Source: Octopus vulgaris
Taxonomy: Eukaryota
Length of the DNA: 64,000 nucleotides
Assembly: GCA_951406725.2 (NCBI GenBank)
Contig: OX597817.1
Span: 28,520,001 to 28,584,000, forward strand
Reading direction: 5' to 3'
This document shows, in pieces, positions 11,618 through 24,900 of the stretch. Every line of letters starts with the position of its first letter. The first letter of the stretch is position 1. The notes under the pieces were generated by a model, which worked only from the letters and a program-made list of their open reading frames with translations, had not been told where the DNA came from and made no database searches. Position numbers and translations under genes: made by a program.

Positions 11618-12542
11618 TTAAATGAATGTGTTACAAATTTTTCATTTACTATGAATTTGAGTTCAAACCAGCCTATTAATTCTTAAATTCATTTAACATT
11701 TCATAACCCTATTAGTGTTATTTGCAGCTTTTCATCTCTTTTACTTAAAAAAAGTATAAGCTGATTGGTACATTTGGATATATAAAAAATTAATTTTCTT
11801 CAGACGATTCTCTCGTTGAGGTTTATATTTATTAAATTGCATAAAACATGTTCTTAAAATCGAAGTATGGTTTTTATGAGTCATCTGTTAACAAGAAAAA
11901 AATACATGAAGAAAAAAAAGAAAATCACCTAAAGAACAAGTTAAAATTACTGACTCTAAATCTTCGTAAAATTTTGATTTCAAATAATATATCAAACAAA
12001 AAGTTTGTTTAAAATGAAAATGTTTATGTCAGAACTTAGTAATTTGCAATTGATAGAATTACAAAGCTGTCAAATATATTTTGACTTGAAATTCAATCCA
12101 TCTTATCAGAATACAAACACCACATTTAAAATATTTTTCTTGTAAAAAGCCAAGTATTTCCTCTAGTTCAGCTGTCTTTTCTCAATATTTAGTTCTTTTA
12201 TCAAATTATTTCTTGTTAAAATCCACACTTTAGGCACAGACACATTAATTAAAAATTAGTGTCTATATAACAACTTTGAGAGAATTTGCTTCCTTGTGTG
12301 AATTGCACTGCCTGTCTTGCTATTTATCATTCTTTTTCACGTTTTTTTAATTGTTGGTGACCAGAAGCTTTTAATCTTCAAAACTTCATTTTCTTTATTT
12401 CTGTAATATTTCTGAAGATTTTTCTGAATGTTTTAAGTAAAAAAAATTTTTTTCATTATGTTTTAAATAAAAAATTTTATATCTAAGTATATGTACATAC
12501 ATACTACACACATTTTTTTCTCTCCTTGTTTTTTTCTGTGTA

Positions 12543-12580
12543 TCTTTCTGTCGAAGAGCATACGCTCGAAACATAAAAGA
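12543..12580 (+). ncRNA. Minimal (Penelope-type) type I hammerhead ribozyme motif within a probable Penelope terminal-repeat fragment (about 12510-12680)
   Basis: Stem I TCTTT/AAAGA; core CTGTCGA+A; stem II GAGC-ATAC-GCTC; GAAAC then ATA (probably GTA before CpG decay). Confidence 0.6.
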
Positions 12581-13915
12581 CTTTTTCTATTCCTGAGCCC
12601 TATACTAATACATTTGTTTGTTTGTACTCCACTTGCCTTCGTCTTTTGTTTATTTTCGTAAACTTTCCCTTTACATATAGCAAGGTTAGTATGGGCAAAA
12701 AGTGTTTCTATGTTAAAGATGTGTATATTATACTTCAAAGAAATTTTATCAATATTTGTTATTGTGTTTAAATCCTGTCTAGTTCAACTTTGCCTTTCAA
12801 CCATACAAGGTTGATACAATGCATAATCAAGTATCTTAATCAATATAATCAGCTATATTCTCCTCCAATTGAAATTACAAGGCATTGTTCAACCCACCTC
12901 TTTAGTTAAAGACAACTACTAGTGGTGCCTTGCATAGGAATTAAATCTTGGGCCACATTGTTATATTGCAAACTTTTTAACCGTTTGACTGTGCCTGAAA
13001 TATCCAATTATTGAAGCCATCTTTCATTATTATCATGCTAGCTATAATTGAATAACAAAATATCCAAATATTATAGTTTAGAGACACAGAAAATCAAAAT
13101 CAAATGAAAATAAGGTAAACCTCATAAATGATTATATTTAAATCAATTCAATATATTAAACTGCTTTTCATGATCTTGATATTCTGGCATTTTATTTGAA
13201 CTCGAGACTGTTTACTGTTCAGTCCAATTGCTGTGACATCACCTTCTAGTGAGACAGTTTTTATTTAGAACCTTGTTCAGTAGTGATCTGTCAGAAATAT
13301 TGATAGAACTTTTGAATGGAGAGGCTGTTATGGTTTTAGCTATTGATCATGATTTTGTAGACAATGAATGTCATTGATATAAATAATGTAATATGATGTG
13401 CAGAGAAGGGAAAGTGTATTTTATCAGTGTTTTCACAGCAGAAACAATATAGCATAGAGAAGATAACATACCATCTTTACATTGATTACTAATTGTGTAC
13501 ATGGGTAGTGGTTTAGATCATAGAATGCTATTGATCAATATTTTGAAGTCCTACATTGAAATCAGAAGTTTAAACATTCCATATTGGAACAATTCTGATC
13601 AGAAATGGAATATTTAAAACCATATTTACATTGTTTTTGATACCTTGTATATTTGTTATATAGCTGTTATTATATTTTCATTAACCTAGACTGTCTTTTA
13701 TAATAAATGAGCCAATATTCTAACCTTTATTACTGTAATTCCTGTAATTCATATTTTTATATTCTCATTCATATTTCAAATGAAGTCGTGGCATCATAAC
13801 TTTCTGTCATAAATTTGACTTCATATTCCTTCTTTATATTTAGAACAATTATTTGACTTCGTAAGAATAATATTTTGAGTAGACTAAATCAAATTATCCA
13901 AGGACACTTTTCATT

Positions 13916-13948
13916 TTTATGTAATTTCATAATATGAAATTACATAAA
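13916..13948. repeat. Perfect 16-bp palindrome with 1-nt spacer
   Basis: TTTATGTAATTTCATA-A-TATGAAATTACATAAA. Confidence 0.95.
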
Positions 13949-14148
13949 GTTTGATAGGTAACCTAAAAGAAAAGAGAAAGTGTGCAGACAAGTGGTGAAG
14001 GAAACAGAGAAGCTATAATTACTGACAGTAATTTGTTAACTGAGTATACACTTGCTTATGATATATGACATTGCTGAGAAACAACTACATGTATTACAAT
14101 GCAAGGTGTTCATTCACTAAAATTAGTTTTGCTTATATTTTCAACTCA

Positions 14149-14555
14149 GTGGTAAGTAGCTTGCTAGCCAACCACATGGTTCTGGGTTCAGTCCCACTGT
14201 GTAGCATCTTGGGCAAGTGTCTTCTGCTATAGCCCCTGGCTGACCAATGCCTTGTGAGTGGATTTGGTAGACGGAAACTGAAAGAAGCCTGTCGTATATA
14301 TATATATATGTGTGTATGTGTTTGTGTGTATGTGTTTGTGTGTCTGTGTTTGTCCCCCTAGCATTGCTTGACAATCGATGCTGGTGTGTTTACGTCCCCG
14401 TCACTTAGCGGTTCGGCAAAAGAGACCGATAGAATAAGTACTGGGTTTACAAAGAATAAGTCCCGGGGTCGATATGCTCGACTAAAAGGTGGTGCTCCAG
14501 CATGGCCACAGTCAAATGACTGAAACAAGTAAAAGAGTAAAAGAGTAAAGAGAGT
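14149..14555 (+). mobile_element. SINE family A (young, slightly 5'-truncated)
   Basis: Highly similar to the copies at 20704, 33411 and 50993; ends in (GTAAAAGA)n. Confidence 0.95.
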
Positions 14556-15062
14556 GGTTAAATGTTTCGCCAGATCTTGCTGTTTGCACTGATAGCTAGT
14601 CCTCAACTGATGCACAACTATGATAAGCTTTAAATATTGAAATTGTAGAATTGACCATTAAGGAGAACTGATAGATGTTGGTTATTGTTGTAGTTATATC
14701 TATATTGATGTCTTTGTTACTATGCATGTGTTTGCATGCACATACATACACAGACGTATATATATGTTGAATATTTATTGTGCCATTGGGCATTACAGCT
14801 GGATATCTTCCATATGTTATTGTTAATATTGAACATGCTGATAATTCCTTCTTCTAACTTACAAACAGTGATATCATCAAACAAGATTGTTGAAGAAATC
14901 TTGCAGGAACTGTTGTGATAAGAGAAGGAAGAGAAAGCAGATTCACAGCCAGTTACTGTTTGAAATGTTGACATTCATATCCCATCAATTTCGTCTCTGG
15001 TGTTATATTTATTGCCATGACAGAAGCATGCTTTAGTCCTATCTATATAGTGTCACATGGAA

Positions 15063-15225
15063 TATATTCTTTTCTACTCTAGGCACAAGGCCCGAAATTT
15101 TGGGGTAGGTGGGGGCCAGTCGATTAGATCGATCCCAGTATGCAACTGGTACTTAGTTTATCGACCCGGAAAGGATGAAAGGCGAAGTCGACCTCAGCAG
15201 AATTTGAACTCAGAATTTAAAGACA
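15063..15225 (-). mobile_element. SINE family B, 5'-truncated
   Basis: Reverse complement of the family B core (CTGGTACTT...TCGACCC...AAAGGATGAAAGGCGAAGTCGAC). Confidence 0.85.
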
Positions 15226-15279
15226 GTCGAAGTCACATGAAAGAGAAATATTGTATTGTTAAAAAATGATTAGTTAAAT

Positions 15280-15976
15280 TGTAGTGTCGAGCATGGAGTT
15301 CTTTTTTCCTAGAGAAGGCAAAATAGTAGTCTTGTATTATGATTCAGAGCAGATTATCCAAACAGTTGAGATGACTTAGATATTATATTTAAGATCCACT
15401 TGCTACTGCACTTAAACAGGCAAAATGTTATAATGTGAGATCCTCATCTACTTGTATGTTATTGCCAGCTCTGTACTATTCTTATTTCTTTATTGCCCGC
15501 AAGGGGCTGAACATAGAAGGGACAAACAAGGACAGACAAAGGGATTAAGTCGATTACGTCAACCCCAGTGCGTAACTGGTACTTAATTTATCGATCCTGA
15601 AAGGATGAAAGGCAAAGTCGACCTCGGTGGAATTTGAACTCAGAACGTAGCGACAGACAAAATACTGCTAAGCATTTCGCCCGGTATGCTAACGTTTCTG
15701 CCAGCTCACCGCCTGTACTATTCTTGTCACCACAATTATGTTGTGGGGTATTTTGCATCTTATCATCTTTGACTTGTCTATCATTCTATTGCTGATATCT
15801 CCACAAGACAATGACTTTGAACTCGTATATATCATGTAACTGACACTGACTCAAACTGAACTCATACAACGACTCTACTACTACTGACCTTGCTACAACA
15901 ATTGACTGTCTGACTTTATAGTGGCTGGCCCATTACTACTTTGTCATGTGGGAAGGGGAGTACCATTTCCACTACA
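15280..15976 (-). mobile_element. Probable solo LTR interrupted by a SINE-B copy
   Basis: Termini TGTAGTG (15280) ... CACTACA (15976); flanks AAAT/ACAT (possible 4-bp TSD, one mismatch); TATA-like CTATAAAG followed by CAGT-rich sequence on the minus strand; about 455 bp after removing the SINE. Confidence 0.5.
15484..15712 (-). mobile_element. SINE family B, full length, with TSD
   Basis: TSD CTGTACTATTCTT at 15471-15483 and 15713-15725. Confidence 0.95.
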
Positions 15977-16035
15977 ACATGAAAATATAATTGTCGCTGG
16001 AAGTGTTTGTATATGTGTATAGTTACTTCTGTGCA

Positions 16036-16176
16036 CATCATCATCCTTGTCATAACGTCCACATTTCTCTGCTTGTATGGGTTGGACAGAATTTTGTTGA
16101 GGCAGATTATCTACAGCTGTATACTTTTCCCATTACTAGCCATTACTTGTTTCCAGTAAGGTAATATTTCCTCCTC

Positions 16177-16207
<31 letters not shown>

Positions 16208-16360
16208 TTCTTCAGTTTCTGTCTGCCAAATCATGTCACAAGGCTTTGTATAACCTGGTGCTATAGTGGAAGACACTTGTCCAAAGTGCCATGTAGTAGT
16301 TTGAACCTATAACCATGTGGTTGGTAGCTAACTTCTTACTGCACAGCCATACATGTACCT
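16036..16360 (-). mobile_element. SINE with family-A head and RTE-type tail
   Basis: 16208-16360 is the family A head, followed by (TG)n, then a tail ending ACCCATACAAGCAGAGAAATGTGGACGTT...GATGATGATG on the minus strand. Confidence 0.75.
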
Positions 16361-16901
16361 ATGTGTGTATATTTGTATATATCTTTAAAACTGAATATTA
16401 CTATCCAAAATAGTCAGTCATGAATGAGATCAGGGGATTGTACAATATGAAAAATAATTTTATACTTTTTCTGGTTTTTTTTTTAAAGGAAACCTTACTG
16501 GAATTGTAGAAATTAATGTCATTTACTCCTTTCCCAATAATACTGGAAAGCTTAATTAAATACTTCAAGGTTGTGAATGAAATCTAGATTATATATACCT
16601 GCTTCTTTGTTATAGAACTTCTTAGTGATGATAAAAATGCTGATAATGATAATTATACTCATAATGTAAATTGGTAATTAAGATCATCAAACTCCTTTGG
16701 ACTATAATCTCATTAAAATAATGCAATACATTTATTACAGTGCACAGTGTAATTACAGTATAATGACAGGACAAAAAGAAGCTTTTATCTCACTAGTTAA
16801 CCTACTTACAAAATTTAGAAACAAACCATATTATTGGAAATAGAATAAATATTTTCCAGCTCAATGTATGTAAAGATATTCTGCTGATAATTATTATAGA
16901 A

Positions 16902-17215
16902 CTAGCTGACCCTTTGCCATCAAGAATGATGTCTAATTGTAGTATTTGATATATAAATAGGGTACAAAACCAAGTTTTTAGTTTAATAATTATTACCAAG
17001 TTTTTAGTGAAAAATCTATCCACAATTAACATCCCCTGACTTCTTTCCTTCAAAAGAGTCTTTAAGTTTTCCTTCCTTTGTGAATGACTTAAGGCCACAT
17101 AAAGCTGGCTGTGACTAAATATGGGAATTGGCAAGTAAATACCAACCTTTTTAAAGTGACCTTTCCTTTCAGTTGTGCTCTCCATTACTGAAACCAACCT
17201 AAACTCATATGACTT
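16902..17215 (-). mobile_element. 3' terminal fragment of an autonomous Helitron (RepHel PIF1-family helicase C-terminus plus CTAG end)
   Basis: ORF 16802..17197 contains KGHFKKVGIYLPIPIFSHSQLYVALSH...FTKNLV, matching the Helitron helicase motif QGQTLxKVGIYLPxPVFSHGQLYVALSR...TxNIV. Hairpin CATCA-AGAA-TGATG at 16918-16931; CTAG|T end at 16902-16905. Confidence 0.85.
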
Positions 17216-18055
17216 AAAGCCACAAAAAGCAGTCTGTAACTTATAGTCGATGTTCTAAAAACTCCCTATTCAAAATTTATTTCATACATTTCTTAATATA
17301 AATAAATTAGGCACGTGTATGAACTGTTAAGTGTGTATTTATAATAAACTTTTCAAATGCAGTCGTTTTATATTCTTGATACACTCCAGCAGTAATTATT
17401 TTCTCTAATGAAGTTGTATATGTTTGTGTGATTGTAGTAGTTATTTTTAACATAACAGATAGAATATGGATGGTAAATCAAATTAATACTCTTGTCAATG
17501 TTATCGTTTGAGATGTGACATCAATCATCATTTGTTACTGAAAGAGCACTGGTTCACACGTCCATTCACATACTTCTCTTGTACACACACACACACACAC
17601 ATACTTACACAGAGTTGAAATGCTGTTTGATTTTCCTTTTCAGCATTGAATGTTCACCATCCCACTTCCATTGCACATGCACATACTCACACAAAGTGGA
17701 AATGTTGTTTGATTTTTTTCATCCCTTCCTTTCTCATATGTTGTGACGAAAAACACCTGATTATTATTATAGTAGATAATTGTATTTAAGTGAAGTACTC
17801 TACTAATGAGTGCTAATTCATAAGTTTTAAATTTTCTGTAGCTAGTTAAGCTGGAGGTGGGGACCACTTCAAGCTTATTTTTGCAAGAAAGATATCTTGC
17901 TGCGAAACTCTTGATCAAGCATTTTATATGCTAAAGTCTAAACTCAGTATTTGATTGTTCTTTGATTGTCTATATCTGCACCATTGGTTTACTTTATCAG
18001 AAGTACAAATAGTGAGTACCCTATTCAATTGTGTCAACAATGTTAGTCTACAAAA

Positions 18056-18199
18056 CAGTCATGGGCAACCTGCAAACTGTGATACCTGTAAGGTACACCT
18101 TATCAAAAATTAACTTTAATGTTTTTTTGTAGTGTGATCTGCCTGGTGATGAATTATGTCTCATATGGCCCACTTCTCAGAAAAGGCTGCCCTTGCTTG
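18056..18199. mobile_element. hAT-type MITE
   Basis: TIRs CAGTCATGGGCAACCT / AGGCTGCCCTTGCTTG (12 of 16 match); 8-bp flanks CTACAAAA / CTGTAAAA. Confidence 0.65.
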
Positions 18200-19141
18200 C
18201 TGTAAAACCTTCTGTTAGCAACAAATGTACCTTATATCCTTTGAGAAATTAGCTGTTAGTCAAAAGAAGAACAGATAAACAACATCTCTGTTGTACCTAA
18301 TTTAAAATATAATGTTCATCTAAATAGATAAGTAAGACAATGAGGTCCTATAATACTAACTGCAGAAACGATTGACCTTTTACTTCCTCACGCTATTTTA
18401 GTACATACTGGAAACTTAAATTTGTAGAAAAATCATTCACATAACACTTAAGTTCCACTCAAAATGAATCCTATAATAATTAGACGTTGTTAGCCATGTA
18501 AATCTAATTAAATGTAATGATTAAGGACATTAAAAAAACCAAAGTAATGTTTTAGTATTTCTCATACTGTCAACAAATGTACATTATTTATTTTGCAATT
18601 TACTTGCAAATACTTTGGCAAGTTATTGTTAGGTTTGTTATAATGAGTAACAACAATAAAAAAAAAAGTGTCCCCAGAGTTTTCTCCCCATTTGCTCATA
18701 GAAAAATAATATCTTTCTTTTACCATACATGTCGTTTTACTATGTTTATATTTTGAATTTATTTTCTTCGTGAAATATTCTTTCACTTGTATATAATTAT
18801 TTTGGTTTAAATGAGCTTCACAATTAAGTCCTGTTCTCATTATTTAGGTTAGAACAGCTACTTTATCACACAGATATTCTCTACTGAATCCCTAAGATTC
18901 CATCCATTTGATTTGCAAATCAACATCATTTATCTTAATAATATGCCAGTATGCTTTTATATATTTCTAGTTTCTTCAGTTCACCTTACAATGGTTCCTA
19001 TTCATCACTCTTTCTCCTTTTCAGTCACCTCTGGTACAGTGTCCCTGCATGTGCTTTTCTTAGAGAAATTTAAGCCAAATATTAGTCACACTCACCTTAA
19101 TGGAGATGGCCCCATAATTTGATAAAAAAAATTCCAATATT

Positions 19142-19370
19142 TAATTCTTTATTGCCCACAAGGGGCTAAACATAGAGGGGACAAACAAAGACAGACAATT
19201 GGATTAAGTCGATTATATCGACCCCAGTAACTGGTACTTATTTAATCGACCCCGAAAGGATGAAAGGCAAAGTCGACCTCGGCGGAATTTGAACTCAGAA
19301 CGTAGCAGCAGACGAAATGCCGCTAAGAATTTCGCCCAGTGTGCTAACGTTTCTGCCAGCTCGCCGCCTT
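19142..19370 (-). mobile_element. SINE family B, full length, with TSD
   Basis: TSD AAAAATTCCAATATT at 19127-19141 and 19373-19387. Confidence 0.95.
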
Positions 19371-19841
19371 ATAAAAATTCCAATATTGAGCCCAAAGAAG
19401 TATCATTACTCTTCACATTGTTTTTCTTTCTTTCAAATAGTTCTTGTAATATGTGTAACTATATAATTAAAATGCCTTTATAAATTCACTGTCACTTTAT
19501 GTTAAATTCTGTCATCTTCAAGAATAAATTAGATTATATCAATTATTTCTCATTCCATTTGTTATGTGGTGTGTGGCATATTTTACTGCTTTTATTTAAG
19601 CTTATTTCTAATTTAAAAGAAACTCCTTTAATTTTAAAAGCAGTTGTAATCCTCACCTTTAACTTGGATTAAAATTAATTTAAGAGAGTATTCCACTGTT
19701 TATGTTTAGTTGCATCTAAGGCGGTGGAATTCTGCTAGTAATCCTTTATGAGTTCATATTGAATGTGCATGAGTGAAACTAGTTTGTCACAAAATAAAAC
19801 AATTTAGAAAATTAAAAATTCTCGTATCAATATTTTCAAAG

Positions 19842-19842
<1 letters not shown>

Positions 19843-19894
<52 letters not shown>

Positions 19895-20070
19895 ATTATT
19901 ATTGTTATTGGTTTTGTTGCTGTTTTCTTTTGATTATTCATTTTTAATATGTCAGATATTTCAAATAACATCTGAAAATCAAATGAATAAAAGCAAAATA
20001 ACAGCAATGTCGATGGTGGTAGTAATGATGATGATGATGATGATGTTGATGATGAAAATGATGATGATGG
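19843..20070. repeat. (TTA)n and (ATG)n microsatellites
   Basis: Direct reading; explains the poly-L, poly-M, poly-S and poly-I ORFs. Confidence 0.9.
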
Positions 20071-20703
20071 AAGGAGGAAGAGGAGAAACAAAAATGAAAA
20101 ATAAATACAGTGTTTCTTCATGGCTAATAGAAGTTTCTCCAGAATTAATAGATGTATATGTAATTGAAGGTGAATAAAGTAACTGATATAATTGACTTAC
20201 AATAGCAATCACTAAATGCCGCTAGAGCCATTAATTTGTTCAAAAGCAATTATTAAATATATTCAAAGCAACTAATCTGCAAATTACCTGTACATTTACT
20301 CATATATATATTCAGTGTTCAGTAGGATGTAGATTTTTTGGCTTTCTATTTCTATTTATTTATTCATTCATTAATTATGTGATAATAAGACTTAAAATAT
20401 GATTGTAGCTAATCATATATGTTATTACATTTAACTCAGCTATCAGCTATACCAGAAGATTATAGTTGTTTGTATTATGGATTGGTAGACTTGACATATA
20501 ATATATTGTAACTGAATAATGATACTTTACTCAACAAAAGTTCAATGCTTCATGGCTCTGTGTTCAATTCCTAAGTTCCTTACATTAGATAACATCTATA
20601 TCCATGATGGAAGTCTAAACATCTAAAATTTTTTTTGGTGTTACTCATAAATTTGATACATTGCTTTATGTTGTGGTTACTGTTTACTTGTTACTTTATT
20701 CAA

Positions 20704-21134
20704 TACTCTTTACTCTTTACTCTTTACTCTTTTACTCTTTACTTGTTTCAGTCATTTGACTGCGGCCATGCTGGAGCACCGCCTTTAGTCGAGCAAATCG
20801 ACCCCGGGACTTATTCTTTGTAAGCCCAGTACTTATTCTATCGGTCTCTTTTGCCGAACCACTAAGTGACGGGGACGTAAACACACCAGCATCGGTTGTC
20901 AAGCAATGCTAGGGGGACAAACACAGACACACAAACACATACACACATATATATACATATATATATACATATATACGACAGGCTTCTTTCAGTTTCTGTC
21001 TACCAAATCCACTCACAAGGCATTGGGTCGGCCCGGGGCTATAGCAGAAGACACTTGCCCAAGATGCCACGCAGTGGGACTGAACCCGGAACCATGTGGT
21101 TGGTTAGCAAGCTACTTACCACACAGCCACTCCT
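20704..21134 (-). mobile_element. SINE family A (young)
   Basis: Reverse complement of the 14149 and 50993 copies, with (TACTCTTT)n tail. Confidence 0.95.
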
Positions 21135-21746
21135 CCAGTGAATATGTTAATTTATAAACAGTATTTGCAAGCTAAAATGTAAAGGCTTTATGTCATCAGA
21201 AACAATAGTTGGCAAGTTTCACATTTTAAAGTAATACATAGTAATTTTATGAAGGTATGCATTAAATAATATAGCATCATGAAGTAATGCACTTATTAAT
21301 ATTGACTGCTATACTTCCAATTCAGAATACAATTGTAAGTTTATTCACTGATTCATGAATTACGATGCAATACAGCTGTTCATATAACATCATTACTCAA
21401 TTCCAGTATTCATGCTATACCGTTAGAAGCAAAATTATGTACTCATATAATAACATAAATGTTGATTCTTGCATGAATCACAATGTTCCATAGAAACAGC
21501 TGCATATCAAGTTGACAAGCCAGTGAAGGAACCACTACTGAGTCATTCCATTTGTTAGAAATAGCAGCCCCTTAAATTACACCATACAATCTTAATAAAG
21601 GAAAAAAAGTAGATAAAAGTACACAGTGCCTGGGCAAACTGATATGATCATGAATTAAAAGCTTTTACTCATATAGCTGCTTCATTATGACTGAATAATG
21701 TCTGAACAAGAATGTTGATGAGAGATGATAATTTTTTGTAGTTTAA

Positions 21747-21967
21747 CCCTTTTGTTACTGTATTTATTTTGAGATGCTCTGTGTTTCTTTCAATTACTTT
21801 AAATATAACAAAGAATTTAGTAAAATAACTTAGTGATCATTCAGCTAGCGTTAGGAACATAAATTGTGACTAACGTTTAGTGGAAGATTTTAATTCAAAA
21901 CTTATGAAAACAAGACATTTGTACTACAGAGCCAGAGCTGGTTTCAGCCAGGTTGGTAACGAAAGGG
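21747..21967. mobile_element. piggyBac-type MITE, family 2
   Basis: TTAA TSD; termini CCCTTTTGTTAC...GTAACGAAAGGG; near-identical copy at 49587-49806. Confidence 0.9.
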
Positions 21968-24900
21968 TTAAATACCAATTTACCAAAATAATTTCCCCAT
22001 AAAATAGTGTTACCTGTGCCTCTGAGTGAAGGAAACTAACATTGTGAGGGCACTAGAACAATATAGTATAAGACATATTGCACACAAACACAACCAAATA
22101 CTAGGAGTAAATGTGAAATCACAACCCTTGAGACAGCACTAAAAACCCTTTATTGTAACACCAAATATAAAGAAATAAATGAAAGAGAAAATTGGCTAAC
22201 TTATATTCTTCACTTATTTTTCTCAAGAAAGTAACAGGTAACTTGTGGAAAGTGTAGACTAGTGTATAAGAGACAGCATTAGATCATTCTTGCCCTTCTG
22301 CCACATTTATGCATCTTTCGACAATGTGTAAAAGACTACGTCTAATAATTGTTTGTACCCAATACACTCTAACTTTGCCTTTCACCTATCACTCTCTTCT
22401 AGGCCACTTCTCACCTACTCTGCCTTTGTCCACTTCTGTTATTGCCAGTCACTCCACTCCAGACTCCATTTGAAATAACTCTGCTTTTCCCATCATGCTC
22501 TTTCTCCTTTCACCACCTATTCTGGTCTATGTACTGTCATTGCTTTCTCACCTATTTTCATCATCAGTCATCTAATCGAATCTATATGCCCTACCTTACT
22601 GAGTAGTCTTTAATTCACACTTTTACCCTCCCACCGATTTCTAGCCTTTCTGATGTCATTGCTCCCTCTCTTTCCCCATTCCTCTCCTTGTTCTACATGT
22701 TTCGGGTTATTGAGTACTTCTTACATTTACAAGGTATCCCCTCTTCTTTGCTGGTACCGCAACAGAAAGCTCCCTCACACTATGCTCATTCTAGAGTGAT
22801 TGATGAGTGAGACAACCTTTGTAGTGCTGGTCCCATGTAAAAGAAATGCACTCTGTACACACTAAAGTGTTAGGCAAAAGAGCAGAGAAAGTGTAAAATT
22901 GTGTGGTTTGTCTAGTCCTGTCTTACCTTGGACTGTTCAACCTGTGCTGTGTTGATGCCAAACGAAAATCCTACTTGGTATATGATATTGTTCTTAGGTA
23001 AGTACTTTTGTAGTTGCCTCAACAAGAGGATAGAATTATTAGTTCTGTTTTATGGCACAAAGTTGAATTGCTTTGGATATAGACTAATTTTGTTCCTAAT
23101 GAAATTGATCTGTAACACTTTTCATAATCTGTTCCAACAAATTGATACCTCTCTAGTTACCTTTCTGAATTCATAGCATACCTTAGATATTACCATACAA
23201 ATGGTATGGTAATATCTAGGGTATGCTATGAATCTGGTGAAACTTTGAAGCATTTCCCTGTATTGCTCTTGCATTGCATATATGTGCATGTGTGTGTGTG
23301 CACGTGCACACACATACATACACACACACGCACACACACACATGCACACACACACAAACAATAATTACAATATATTTCATTTTGAAATGGAGATCTTTGT
23401 TGTAGTTAAACAAAAGTTGTCAATGGAGAAGGCCACTGTAACAATATAAAAATAACACAAGTCTCATGAGATTTAAACTGTAAATTATTATACATTTCAT
23501 CTCAAAGTAGGATAGATAATTAAAGTTGCAAGTGAAAATGCTCAGTTCTCTAAAGTTATTTCAGTTAGCTAAAAGTTAGAGCTATCAAGATAGAATTTCA
23601 TTATTATTGTCTTTGTTTTCAGATAATGGCATATCAGAAAGATTTATATCTGGAAAAGCATATGTGATGCAAAGCCATATTGCAGTGCATTGGTTAGTTA
23701 TTGAAAATTTCCCACAGAGACTTGTACTGACATGTGAAATATTAGATTTACCTGGTAAAGTTTAGAAAGTAGATTTTAAATATGTTGAATCTGTAAACTG
23801 GCAGTTTTAGTATGTGATAAAAAGAATATTGAACTACCTTAGTTCATGATATTGTGGTTAAAATTTTATTGGGTCAGATAACATTTTATATATATAATAT
23901 TAGATTTCTTCTGTATTAGCACTTTTACAAGTCCAAAGATGGTAATACATAGATAACGTAACAGCTCTTAACTGAAATTTTCCTTTCAGTGAATTAAAAT
24001 TAAGGAAGTAGTCAAAGTATCAAGAGGATTAGTTGGTAGGTTATTGATTTATAATTTCAAATTTTATCCCACTGTTGGAATTCTGTTTCAGTTCTATTTC
24101 ATTGTAGCTAAAATAATGTTTTGTATTAAAGCATCTGATCACATTGGGGAAGCTTAGATATAGAGATTGAGCACCTGGAAAACTGTCTGGAGTACTGGTT
24201 ATAATTTAAAACTTGCAATAGCAAGGGTGTTGAGATCATAGGTGTGGATTTCTGGGTTGATTTCTGGGTTGAGTGTTTAACTGTAGGAATGACATTTAGC
24301 TGATTTTCACCGAGACTGTATATACACAATATACAACTTCACTGAACAAACCAGCCTTCAAGATTATGGAAATGAGATTTTGAAATTAAATTAGTTATCT
24401 AGACTGTATCTGAAATTACATTAAATTTAATTTTGCTTTTTTCATTTACTCTGTTGAAACTAGTTAAGAAATTAAACTTTCTGGCCATAAGTTCAGATTT
24501 AGCCTGTGTCCAAAATATGAGCTGATAAATTCTTTATTTTAAAACCTAACTGAAATTTTCATTTAAATATAGATATATGGTAAAAATCACATATTAAAGA
24601 AATATTTACACTCTTTTTAAGAATAATTTTTTATGTATTTTAATATTTTTCTTTGGTAATATATATTTATTTTTTCCTTTTTAACTGAATATTTTATTTC
24701 AGAATATTTAGCATGATTAAAGCTATGACAAATTGATGATTATATTAGTTGTTGTCTAGGTATTTGATTTCAAGCATGAACTTAATAGCGTCTCCTCCAA
24801 AAATATCAGATGAAAGTTGAATCATTGAATTTATTCAATCAATGAATATGCATGAATTCCAATAACTTTAGTCAAAGAATGGTATGTCAATCACGAACCA

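Noticed and set aside
14720-14974. Acidic-looking ORF region (NKIVEEILQEL...EKEEKADS)
   Set aside because: Stops in frame and no splice support; possibly an old transposon remnant but unassignable.
19773-20212. Longest ORFs, with poly-Leu/Met/Ser/Ile (also 3954-4203, 4715-4945, 37647-38222)
   Set aside because: Products of trinucleotide microsatellites and CT-rich low-complexity DNA.
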